DNA of 32,000 nt, from assembly GCF_001306055.1 (NCBI RefSeq), contig NZ_LGHJ01000013.1, forward strand, positions 90,001 to 122,000. The letters are read 5' to 3'. The notes beneath the pieces were generated by a model. That model had not been told where the DNA came from, ran no database searches, and saw nothing but the letters and a program-made list of their open reading frames with translations. Below, one piece after another: positions 8,676 through 15,749 of this stretch. The DNA comes from Bellilinea caldifistulae (GTDB lineage Bacteria > Chloroflexota > Anaerolineae > Anaerolineales > Anaerolineaceae). Both the position numbers and the translations under genes were made by a program. Position 1 is the stretch's first letter; the number at the start of each line of letters is the position of its first letter.

Positions 8676-10139
8676 TTAAAAACCTTTACCGCCGATTAAC
8701 TGACCCAATTGTTCAACGGTAGTGGATTCGGCATCCAACGGTGGAGAAACCTTCCCGCCGTAAAACACCAGAATTCGGTCACTGTACTGCAAAATTTCCT
8801 CCAAATCCGCAGAAGTGAAAATGATACTTGTACCCTGCTTGCAGCGTTCTTTTAATTTTCCCCAAATCCAAATAGCCGACTCAATATCCAAACCGCGGGT
8901 GGGGTGTTCTAGCAGCAGTAAATTCACTGGCTGGCGCAACATCGCCAGCAAAGCGCGCTGTTGATTGCCACCGGAAAGAGACTCAACCGTACTGACCGGT
9001 GTTCCTTTGATGTTGAAATCTTCAATCCTCTGACGGGTGGTCGCCAGGGCTTTGTCAAAGTTGATAAAGAAACCATTTTGCTCTTCAGCCAGTATAAAAT
9101 GCTCGGTCAAAGACAGACCGGGGATTAACCCCTCTTCCATACGTGAGGCAGGCACATAGGCGATTCCCGCCTCCAAAAAAGCCCGGTAGGGTTTTCCGGT
9201 CAATCGGCGGCCGCCCAGATTAATCTCACCGGCCACCGGGCGGATCAAACCGGCGCAGGTGCGTAAAAACTGCACCTGGCCAGAACCTTCCATACCGGCT
9301 AATCCAATCACCTCTCCGCAGCTCACCGTAAGATTGATATCTCGAATTTGCAGGCGGTAATCTTCAATGGTAACATGATCGAGATGAAAGGAAACATCAC
9401 AGGTTTCGTATCGGCGTTTTTCCTCTAAACTAATCACGCGGCCGAACATCAATTTGACCAATTCATCGGTGACATACGGCGGGTCAACTTCTCCCACCAG
9501 TTCACCCTTTCGGAAAACCGCAATCCGATCGCACAGAAACTCGACATCCTCCAATTTGTGCGAGACAAAAATTACCGACATGCCCTGTGCGGCTAATTTT
9601 CGTAAGGTTTCGAACAACTTTTCTTTTTGAGAAGCACTGATCCCCGTTGTGGGTTCATCCAGAATCAGCACCCGCGCACCCAACCAGAGCAAACGCAGGA
9701 TTTCCAACTGCTGACGTTCTCCTACCGTCAGGGTATCCACATACGCATAAGGATCAATGCTGAAACCAAACTGGCTTTGTAACTCGTTGAACGCACGCAC
9801 CACCTCGCGGCGGTTGGGGAATAAACCCCCATCCTGACCAATCAGCAAGTTATCCACCACCCGCATGGGTGGAAAATCGAGCGGATCTTGATGAAGCATA
9901 CCAATCCCCATTCGGATGGCATCCGAGGGGGAACTGATTTTAACCGGTGTTCCATCCAGCCGAATTTCTCCTGAATCGGCCTGAATATAGCCGGAAAGGA
10001 TTTTCATCAGAGTGCTTTTGCCGGCTCCATTTTCTCCGAGAATGCCCTGAATCTTCCCGGATTCAACCGTCAGGTTGATATCATTGTTTGCATGAACTGC
10101 ACCAAAATGTTTGTGGATGTGAATCAGTTCAACCTTCAT
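8676..10139 (-). CDS. ABC transporter ATP-binding protein with two fused nucleotide-binding domains (NupO/RbsA-like)
   Basis: Walker A GENGAGKST, first-domain signature-like LTVGERQQLEI, ILDEPT, and second-domain LSGGNQQR and LLLEHPTRGLD. Confidence 0.9.
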   Translation of the reverse strand: MKVELIHIHKHFGAVHANNDINLTVESGKIQGILGENGAGKSTLMKILSGYIQADSGEIRLDGTPVKISSPSDAIRMGIGMLHQDPLDFPPMRVVDNLLIGQDGGLFPNRREVVRAFNELQSQFGFSIDPYAYVDTLTVGERQQLEILRLLWLGARVLILDEPTTGISASQKEKLFETLRKLAAQGMSVIFVSHKLEDVEFLCDRIAVFRKGELVGEVDPPYVTDELVKLMFGRVISLEEKRRYETCDVSFHLDHVTIEDYRLQIRDINLTVSCGEVIGLAGMEGSGQVQFLRTCAGLIRPVAGEINLGGRRLTGKPYRAFLEAGIAYVPASRMEEGLIPGLSLTEHFILAEEQNGFFINFDKALATTRQRIEDFNIKGTPVSTVESLSGGNQQRALLAMLRQPVNLLLLEHPTRGLDIESAIWIWGKLKERCKQGTSIIFTSADLEEILQYSDRILVFYGGKVSPPLDAESTTVEQLGQLIGGKGF

Positions 10140-10193
10140 GCAGAACTCAGCCTTCTAACACCAAAAGTCCTTCCATCTGGCTCGTGCTTCCAT

Positions 10194-10227
10194 TTTGGGG
10201 GCTGCCGCATCTGCGGCAGCCCCCAAA
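10194..10227 (-). promoter_or_regulatory. intercistronic GC-rich stem-loop between the binding-protein and ATPase genes
   Basis: Perfect 16-bp inverted repeat TTTGGGGGCTGCCGCA / TGCGGCAGCCCCCAAA separated by 2 nt. No flanking U-tract in either orientation. It sits 21 nt after the binding-protein stop codon. Confidence 0.6.
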
Positions 10228-10247
10228 TCCATATAGGATGTGAATGA

Positions 10248-11570
10248 TTAGTTACTGGGAACGCTCTGTCCTTCCATGCCTTCCAGCAATTGCGGCAGAT
10301 ACCAGACTTGCAAGTCAGTAGCCACCTCACCCTCGGCAAGGAACGGCGTGCCATCCTGGTAATTCAAAGGACCCACGAACAGGTTCAAACCACCAGCCAG
10401 TTCGGCGATGAATTTTTCCACATTGGCTTTGGCATCCGCGCTGAGCGCATCGCCAAACACAAAGCCGACCGCGGAGGTATCGTGGTTGTTGATGTTCGTC
10501 CAGTCCGGTCCTAGCCATTCAAAATAGGATTTGAAAGTACCGGCTTTAACCTGTTCAACAGCCCGCAGGTAAGCAGGCCCCCAGTTGAAGTACGGCACAC
10601 CCAAACATACTTCCGGTGCTTCGGCGCAAGCACCTTCATAGTCATACGGAATTGCCCAGACTTCTTTTCCGGCAGCACGGGCTTTGCTGGCCTGAACCAA
10701 TGCTTCGGTGGTGTCAATACCGGAGATGACCACATCGTAACCGCTGTTCAGGAAATCATCCGCAACCTGGGTGGGGTCGGCGGTGAAACCGGGGATGTTG
10801 AACCAGAAGCCGATCCAGGTAACTTTGAACTTCAGGTCGGCCGGGTTCTTGCCAGCGTATTTCTCATAGCAGTACTTGGCACCCAGGTAAGCCGAAGCCG
10901 TCAGACGGCGGGTCTCATCATTGATCAACGGGCCGAGATAGCCAATCTGGCCTGTCTTGGTGGTCAGGGCAGCAGCACAACCGGCAATCATCTTACCGTA
11001 TTCCATTCTCCCCATCGTGTTGCCGAATTTGGGGAATTCAATGTAATTTACGCCTTCTTTCCAGGAGGTATCACCGGAAGCGTGAATGACCGGCACATCA
11101 GGATGGGCACGGGCAAAGTTAATGGCGCCATCCTTCATATCATCCGAGTTGAAGATAATCAACTTTGCACCCTTCGAAAGTAAATCCTCCGCCAGCTGTT
11201 CGGGGGTTGTGCCGGGTCGGTCAGCCGGGTTAACTTTGTCAATGTAGATCAGCTTGACGCCAGGGATTTTCTTTTCAACATACAGACCGGCATCATAATG
11301 AGCCTGACTCCAGCCGCGGTCATTGTACGGTCCCACCAGAAGCATACCGATGATGAACTCTTCCGGTTCGGCGGGTGGTTGAGTCGGCTGCGGTTCGGCG
11401 GGTGGTTGAGTCGGCTGCGGTTCGGCGGGTGGTTGAGTCGGCTGCGGTTCGGCGGGCGGTTGAGTCGGCTGGGGCGCCTGAGTTGGAGTGGCTGCCGGTT
11501 GGCAGGCTGACACCAAAAGGGTGAGCAGTAAAACAAAGCTCATGACAAACCAGATGCGTTTGGATTTCAT
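10248..11570 (-). CDS. BMP-family (PnrA/Med/NupN-like) ABC substrate-binding lipoprotein with a repetitive Pro-rich tether
   Basis: Signal peptide plus lipobox LLVSAC, then a QPAATPTQAPQPTQPPAEPQ...x4 linker, then a periplasmic binding fold (LVGPYNDRGWSQAHYDAG, GYLGPLINDETRR). GGAGGAG occupies ORF-track codons 1-3 just upstream of the later ATG, so the start is trimmed from 11582 to 11570 (MKSKRIWF). Confidence 0.85.
   Translation of the reverse strand: MKSKRIWFVMSFVLLLTLLVSACQPAATPTQAPQPTQPPAEPQPTQPPAEPQPTQPPAEPQPTQPPAEPEEFIIGMLLVGPYNDRGWSQAHYDAGLYVEKKIPGVKLIYIDKVNPADRPGTTPEQLAEDLLSKGAKLIIFNSDDMKDGAINFARAHPDVPVIHASGDTSWKEGVNYIEFPKFGNTMGRMEYGKMIAGCAAALTTKTGQIGYLGPLINDETRRLTASAYLGAKYCYEKYAGKNPADLKFKVTWIGFWFNIPGFTADPTQVADDFLNSGYDVVISGIDTTEALVQASKARAAGKEVWAIPYDYEGACAEAPEVCLGVPYFNWGPAYLRAVEQVKAGTFKSYFEWLGPDWTNINNHDTSAVGFVFGDALSADAKANVEKFIAELAGGLNLFVGPLNYQDGTPFLAEGEVATDLQVWYLPQLLEGMEGQSVPSN
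11364..11471. repeat. 4 x 27-bp perfect or near-perfect tandem repeat inside the lipoprotein linker
   Basis: CGGTTCGGCGGGTGGTTGAGTCGGCTG occurs at 11364, 11391 and 11418 (identical copies) and at 11445 (one T-to-C change). It is in frame and encodes PAEPQPTQP x4. Confidence 0.95.
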
Positions 11571-11855
11571 TTTCTCCTCCATTGTTCAATTAAAAGCGAG
11601 AGATTTGGAAACGTTTGACTGTGGGATCAGGGATAAACTCAAATCTTTTCCTTCTACCAACCTCCTTTCTTGATCTTTGAAAAACATAGGGAAACCATCT
11701 TGACCACCCCATTCCGGGTTTACATTAAGGGTCGGGGGGCAAACCCTGAATTACCTTACTATTTTACACGAAATAGATACCGGTAGAAGAAGAAACTCGC
11801 TCCAAACGCTGGCAATATAATTAAACCCCAGATTAGCTTAAATCATTTGAGGGGT

Positions 11856-11898
11856 GGGTCTGCCTGATACGATCATATCAGGCAGACCCTTGTTTTTT
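11856..11898. terminator. terminator-like hairpin immediately after carbamate kinase, with its T-tract on the plus-strand side
   Basis: Perfect 14-bp stem GGGTCTGCCTGATA (11856-11869) / TATCAGGCAGACCC (11876-11889) with a 6-nt loop. On the plus strand it is followed by TTGTTTTTT (11890-11898). On the minus-strand RNA the hairpin is preceded by an A-tract and followed by ACCCCUCAAAUGAUUU. Confidence 0.5.
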
Positions 11899-11903
11899 GA
11901 GGT

Positions 11904-12857
11904 TTATGGGACGATCCAGGTACCGGTTTCGCCCTTCAACGCGCGGCCGATATTTTCCGGATTGGTGATTAATGCCTGTTTGCCGCCGGCTTCCAGGAAC
12001 CAGATGATCGCCTGAATCTTGGGCGCCATCGAGCCTTTGGCAAAGTGAGTGCCTTCCGCCAGATACTGCTTGGCTTCCGCTAATGTCATGCGGTCAATCC
12101 ACTTCTGGTCGGGTTTTCCGAAATTCAAGGCAACTTTTTCCACGGCGGTGGAAATGACCATCAGGTCGGCATTGATCTCGCGCGCCAGAAGACTGCTGGC
12201 GTAATCCTTGTCAATCACCGCTGCCACGCCCTGCAAGTCACCCTGCTCATTGCGGACGACGGGGATACCACCACCGCCAACCGTAATGACAACCACACCG
12301 GCATCCAGCAGGGTTTTAACCGCCGGCAATTCAACCACTTCCTGTGGAATGGGAGAAGCAACCACCCGCCGCCAGCCCCGGCCGGCATCCTCGACAACCT
12401 TCCAACCCATTTCCTTCTCGCGGCGTTTTGCCTCGGCTTCATCCATAAAACCACCAATGGGTTTGGTAGGGTTCTGAAAAGCCTTGTCATTCGGATCAAC
12501 CCGCACCTGCGTAACCACCGTTGCGACCGATTTTTCGATTCCGCGGCGGCGCAGTTCATTTTGCAGGTTTTGCTGCAAGGCATAGCCAATGGCACCCTGT
12601 GAGTCGGCCCCGCAGACATCCAGCGGAACTTCGTGCATTCCTTCTACCTTTGCGGCAATTTCGGAACGGCGCAGAATAAACCCAACCTGCGGGCCATTGC
12701 CATGTCCAATCGCCACATCCCAACCCGCCTCAATCATATCCACGATATGATAGGCGGTCTCTTTGGCGGCCTGGTACTGATCTTCAACCGATACTTTGGA
12801 GTTATCCTTGATCAGCGAATTTCCGCCGATTGCCACAACTGCCAGTTTTTTAGCCAT
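11904..12857 (-). CDS. arcC: carbamate kinase
   Basis: Motifs VVAIGGNSL, GHGNGPQVG, ITVGGGGIPVV and AVIDKDYASSLLA. The ORF-track start at 12866 is a TTG too close to the SD, while the ATG at 12857 lies 11 nt after GAGAGGAG. Confidence 0.9.
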   Translation of the reverse strand: MAKKLAVVAIGGNSLIKDNSKVSVEDQYQAAKETAYHIVDMIEAGWDVAIGHGNGPQVGFILRRSEIAAKVEGMHEVPLDVCGADSQGAIGYALQQNLQNELRRRGIEKSVATVVTQVRVDPNDKAFQNPTKPIGGFMDEAEAKRREKEMGWKVVEDAGRGWRRVVASPIPQEVVELPAVKTLLDAGVVVITVGGGGIPVVRNEQGDLQGVAAVIDKDYASSLLAREINADLMVISTAVEKVALNFGKPDQKWIDRMTLAEAKQYLAEGTHFAKGSMAPKIQAIIWFLEAGGKQALITNPENIGRALKGETGTWIVP

Positions 12858-12894
12858 AAATTCCAATTCTCCTCTCTCAAAGTGATAATTTTTT

Positions 12895-13875
12895 TTAGCC
12901 CATCGTCAGCGCCATCACCGCCATCTGGGCATGCATGCGGTTTTCGGCTTCATCGTACACAACCGATTGAGGGCCGTCCATCACACCGTCGGTGACTTCG
13001 ATGTTGCGGTCGGCCGGCAAGGGATGCATATAAATAGCGTCTTCTTTGGCCAGCGCCATCTTGCGTTCATCCGTGATCCAGTGAGAGTATTTCTTGATAA
13101 TCTCAGCGCCCTCATTGGCATCCGGCGTATGCACCATTGCGCCCCATGATTTGGCGTAGATGATATCGGCATCCTTGAAAGCCTCTTCCATATCATCTAC
13201 CACTTCAAAACCGACTTTGTACTTACGTGCCTGCTCCTGCGCCATCTCCATCACTTCCGGCATCAGGCGGAATTCAGGCGGATGCGCTAAAACCACATCC
13301 ATGCCAAAGCGCGGCATCTGCACAATCAAAGATTGCGGCACGGACATCGGCTTTTGATAGGAAGCCGCATACGCCCAGGAAACCACCATCTTTTTACGGC
13401 GCAAATCGCGCCCTTTCTTTTCGACAATGGTCATCAGGTCTGCCAGACACTGGAAGGGATGCCAGATATCGCACTGCATATTCAACACAGGCACACGGGA
13501 GTATTTAGCCACTTCGCTGATGTACTTGTTGCCGACACCCCAGTCCACATGCCGAATTGCAATCCCATCGAAATAGCGGCCGAAAATCTCACCAATTTCT
13601 TTGGGGGTATCGCCATGGGCAATTTGAGTGGTGCGGCTCTCGATAAAGGCGGCATGCCCGCCAAGGTGCGCCATGCCCGCTTCAAATGAACCGCGTGTGC
13701 GGGTGCTGCTGAAGAAGAACAGCATCGCCAGCACTTTATCGCGCAGGTAGGCGGTAGACTCATTCAAAGCACGCTTGCGCTTGAGGTCAAAAGCAACATC
13801 CAGGATAGTTTCGACTTCTTCTTTCGAGAAATCGAGATCCCCGATTAAGTCACGTCCGTGAAGAAAGGTTTGCAT
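12895..13875 (-). CDS. OTCase-superfamily transcarbamylase of unknown specificity (YgeW/AOTCase-like, not canonical ornithine carbamoyltransferase)
   Basis: The carbamoyl-phosphate motifs SSTRTR and HPFQ are present. HCLP is replaced by HPLP (YMHPLPAD). The ornithine motif DxxxSMG is absent, with IIYAKSWGAM in its place. GGAGG lies 4 nt before the ATG. Confidence 0.8.
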   Translation of the reverse strand: MQTFLHGRDLIGDLDFSKEEVETILDVAFDLKRKRALNESTAYLRDKVLAMLFFFSSTRTRGSFEAGMAHLGGHAAFIESRTTQIAHGDTPKEIGEIFGRYFDGIAIRHVDWGVGNKYISEVAKYSRVPVLNMQCDIWHPFQCLADLMTIVEKKGRDLRRKKMVVSWAYAASYQKPMSVPQSLIVQMPRFGMDVVLAHPPEFRLMPEVMEMAQEQARKYKVGFEVVDDMEEAFKDADIIYAKSWGAMVHTPDANEGAEIIKKYSHWITDERKMALAKEDAIYMHPLPADRNIEVTDGVMDGPQSVVYDEAENRMHAQMAVMALTMG

Positions 13876-13902
13876 GTTTCCTCCAAATTTCAGCAGTAAA
13901 AC

Positions 13903-14859
13903 TTACTCCATCTTGCCCAGAACCAGCGCAAGCAGTGCCATGCGCATCACAACGCCGTTGTAGGCTTCCTGCCAGTAACGTGACCAGCGAGTAATGTCCA
14001 CATCGGTGGGGATTTCATCCATACGCGGCAGCGAGTGCAGCAGGATCGCATCCGATTTGGCTTTGGTGGTGAGCAATTCGCGGGTAATCTTGTAATTCGA
14101 GGGGGTCATGCCGACGTCCTTGCCAGCGCGCTCATCGCGGGCTTTGGTGTAGTCCGGCTGCACCACCGGCTCAACCAGAATGACATCCGCCTCGGCAATT
14201 GCCTGCTCGACATGCTCCACCTCGCGGAAGTTCAAACTGTAGGATTTCAGTTCTGCCTTGAATTCTTCGGTCAGCGACATTTCCGGCGGGGAAACGAAGG
14301 TGATCGGGCAGTCGAATTGAGTCAAAGCATAGCCGAGCGAGTGCATGGTGCGCATGCGCATATCGCCTACTGCAAGCCACTTCAAGCCGTCAATGCGGCC
14401 TTTTTCGCGCAGCACGGTGTATAGATCGGTCAAAATCTGGGTGGGATGTTCACCCCAGCCATCCCCACCGTTGATGATCGGTACCGAAGCCCACTTGGCC
14501 GCTTCGTGCGGTGCTCCCTGCTGGAAGTGACGCATGACGATCACATCACCGTAGAACTCCAGCATTTTAACGGTATCCTTGATCGATTCTTGATACCAGT
14601 CACCGGCGCGGGTCATCTTGGCATCCGCGAAACCGGTCACGTGCCCGCCCAAACGGTGCATGGCTGCTTCGTGCGCCAGGCGGGTGCGGGTGCTGGGTTG
14701 ATAAAAAGCCGTCACCAGGGTTTTATCCTTGCACAGGTCAATATTTTTTCGTTCGCGGGCAATGTCTTCCATTTTCCGCGCCACTTCAAACACATGGAAG
14801 AATTCCTGCCGTTCGAAGTCCTTCAAAGACAGAATATCACGACCAGCAAAACTACGCAT
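13903..14859 (-). CDS. ATCase-like transcarbamylase paralog with altered second-substrate residues
   Basis: Shows PSTRTR, VMRH, GDGWGEHPTQ, GDMRMRTMHS and LHSLPRMDEI...NGVVMRMALLALVLG, which match the E. coli/archaeal-type PyrB layout. However, the TRxQ aspartate-binding segment reads EPVVQ, KGE is absent (DWYQES instead), and HPLPR is HSLPR. There is no pyrI or pyrC next to it. Confidence 0.75.
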   Translation of the reverse strand: MRSFAGRDILSLKDFERQEFFHVFEVARKMEDIARERKNIDLCKDKTLVTAFYQPSTRTRLAHEAAMHRLGGHVTGFADAKMTRAGDWYQESIKDTVKMLEFYGDVIVMRHFQQGAPHEAAKWASVPIINGGDGWGEHPTQILTDLYTVLREKGRIDGLKWLAVGDMRMRTMHSLGYALTQFDCPITFVSPPEMSLTEEFKAELKSYSLNFREVEHVEQAIAEADVILVEPVVQPDYTKARDERAGKDVGMTPSNYKITRELLTTKAKSDAILLHSLPRMDEIPTDVDITRWSRYWQEAYNGVVMRMALLALVLGKME

Positions 14860-14884
14860 TTTGATTACCTCCGTTTGTATTTTT

Positions 14885-14927
14885 GAAATTGAAACTCGAA
14901 GTGAACTTGGTCATTCGTTTAAATTTC
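14885..14927 (-). promoter_or_regulatory. long imperfect palindrome in the leader of the transcarbamylase / carbamate kinase operon
   Basis: GAAATTGAAAC (14885-14895) pairs with GTTTAAATTTC (14917-14927) at 10 of 11 positions. The inner arms CGAAGTGA / TCATTCG add more pairing. It lies 26 nt upstream of the ATCase-like ATG. Confidence 0.4.
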
Positions 14928-14992
14928 TGATCCGGTCAAAACCGAAATTGCAGCCATTGCAGCCAACAAGGTTTTGAAATCACCTCCTCTTT

Positions 14993-15736
14993 TCACACAT
15001 GGTTAACGTTCGGATGGCTGGCTACTCTCCGTACCAGATGGAAACGAAAATATCCGGGCAGGAAGTAACTGTGGGAGTAATCCACCACCCGCCCGCCATC
15101 ATCATAAAGATATACCTCAAACAGCAGCAGGGGATCGCCACGTTGAATTTCCAATGCTTTTGCAATTTCCGAAGAAGCCGAAGTGGCATTGATCTCCGTG
15201 TAAGAATTCATCAGGTTAAGGTCACCCCGTTTGAGTAAAAAGTCCAGCACCGAGCCGGTGAAACCCTGCTCTAACTCGGCGGGGGAAAGGATGTTTTCCG
15301 GCAAAATGTCAATCAGGTAGGCAACCGGCCTGTGCTCCGTGGTGATCACCCGCTCAACCTTTATGAGAGGTGTCCCTTTTTCCACATTCAGGTTGTCAGC
15401 CAGCATCGGATCTGCTTCCAGGCGGATAATCTTAACCTCGCCCATGTACACTTTAAGGTTGATTTTTTCGGCCAGGCTCTCAATGCTTTGCAAAACTTCC
15501 AGACCGGTTTCAATCACCTGCACATGACTGACCACGAAAGTGCCAATTCCCTGTCTTCGGCGAATTAAGCCCTGCCCTTCGAAGGAGCGCATCGCCTCTC
15601 GCAGGGTTGCCCGCGAAACCCCCAGTTGCTTGGCAAGCGCAGGTTCGGAAGGCAGCCGCTCGCCTGGCGGAGTTCGGGCAATAATTTCAGCCAGTTCTAC
15701 TTGAAGTCTTTGAAAAGGATGGATCATCGTATCCAT
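14993..15736 (-). CDS. GntR-family transcriptional regulator, HutC subfamily (UTRA effector domain)
   Basis: N-terminal winged HTH LPSEPALAKQLGVSRATLREAMRSFEGQGLIRRRQGIGTFV, with a C-terminal UTRA-like fold. The ORF-track start at 15760 is a TTG overlapping the ade stop. GAGAGAGG followed by ATG at 15736 is the better start. Confidence 0.85.
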   Translation of the reverse strand: MDTMIHPFQRLQVELAEIIARTPPGERLPSEPALAKQLGVSRATLREAMRSFEGQGLIRRRQGIGTFVVSHVQVIETGLEVLQSIESLAEKINLKVYMGEVKIIRLEADPMLADNLNVEKGTPLIKVERVITTEHRPVAYLIDILPENILSPAELEQGFTGSVLDFLLKRGDLNLMNSYTEINATSASSEIAKALEIQRGDPLLLFEVYLYDDGGRVVDYSHSYFLPGYFRFHLVRRVASHPNVNHV

Positions 15737-15749
15737 GTTTCCTCTCTCA

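Noticed and set aside
11364-11471. Regular 27-bp repeats that could be taken for a CRISPR array
   Set aside because: The units are contiguous with no spacers, lie in frame inside a lipoprotein gene and encode a Pro-rich linker. No cas genes are present.
11659-11675. Plus-strand AACCTCCTTTCTTGATC resembles the 3-prime end of 16S rRNA
   Set aside because: It is only about 12 nt of similarity with no flanking rRNA sequence. It is simply the complement of an SD-like AAAGGAGG in the minus-strand leader.
11749-11822. Partial resemblance to the purine riboswitch core (AGUUUCU..UCUACCGG, a CGUGUA loop, AAUUA/UAAUU as a possible P1) upstream of the importer
   Set aside because: No credible P2 helix can be drawn (only 2-3 bp options in GCCAGCGUUUGGAGCG). 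The J2/3-like segment carries an extra UCU. The P3-like stem is 6 almost purely A-U pairs, and the L2/L3 loop signatures are missing. I treat it as chance until a covariance-model search says otherwise.
11904-14859. Arginine deiminase or agmatine deiminase pathway (arcB-arcC type)
   Set aside because: There is no arginine or agmatine deiminase gene and no antiporter. The OTCase-like protein lacks the ornithine motif DxxxSMG, and the second paralog is ATCase-like.
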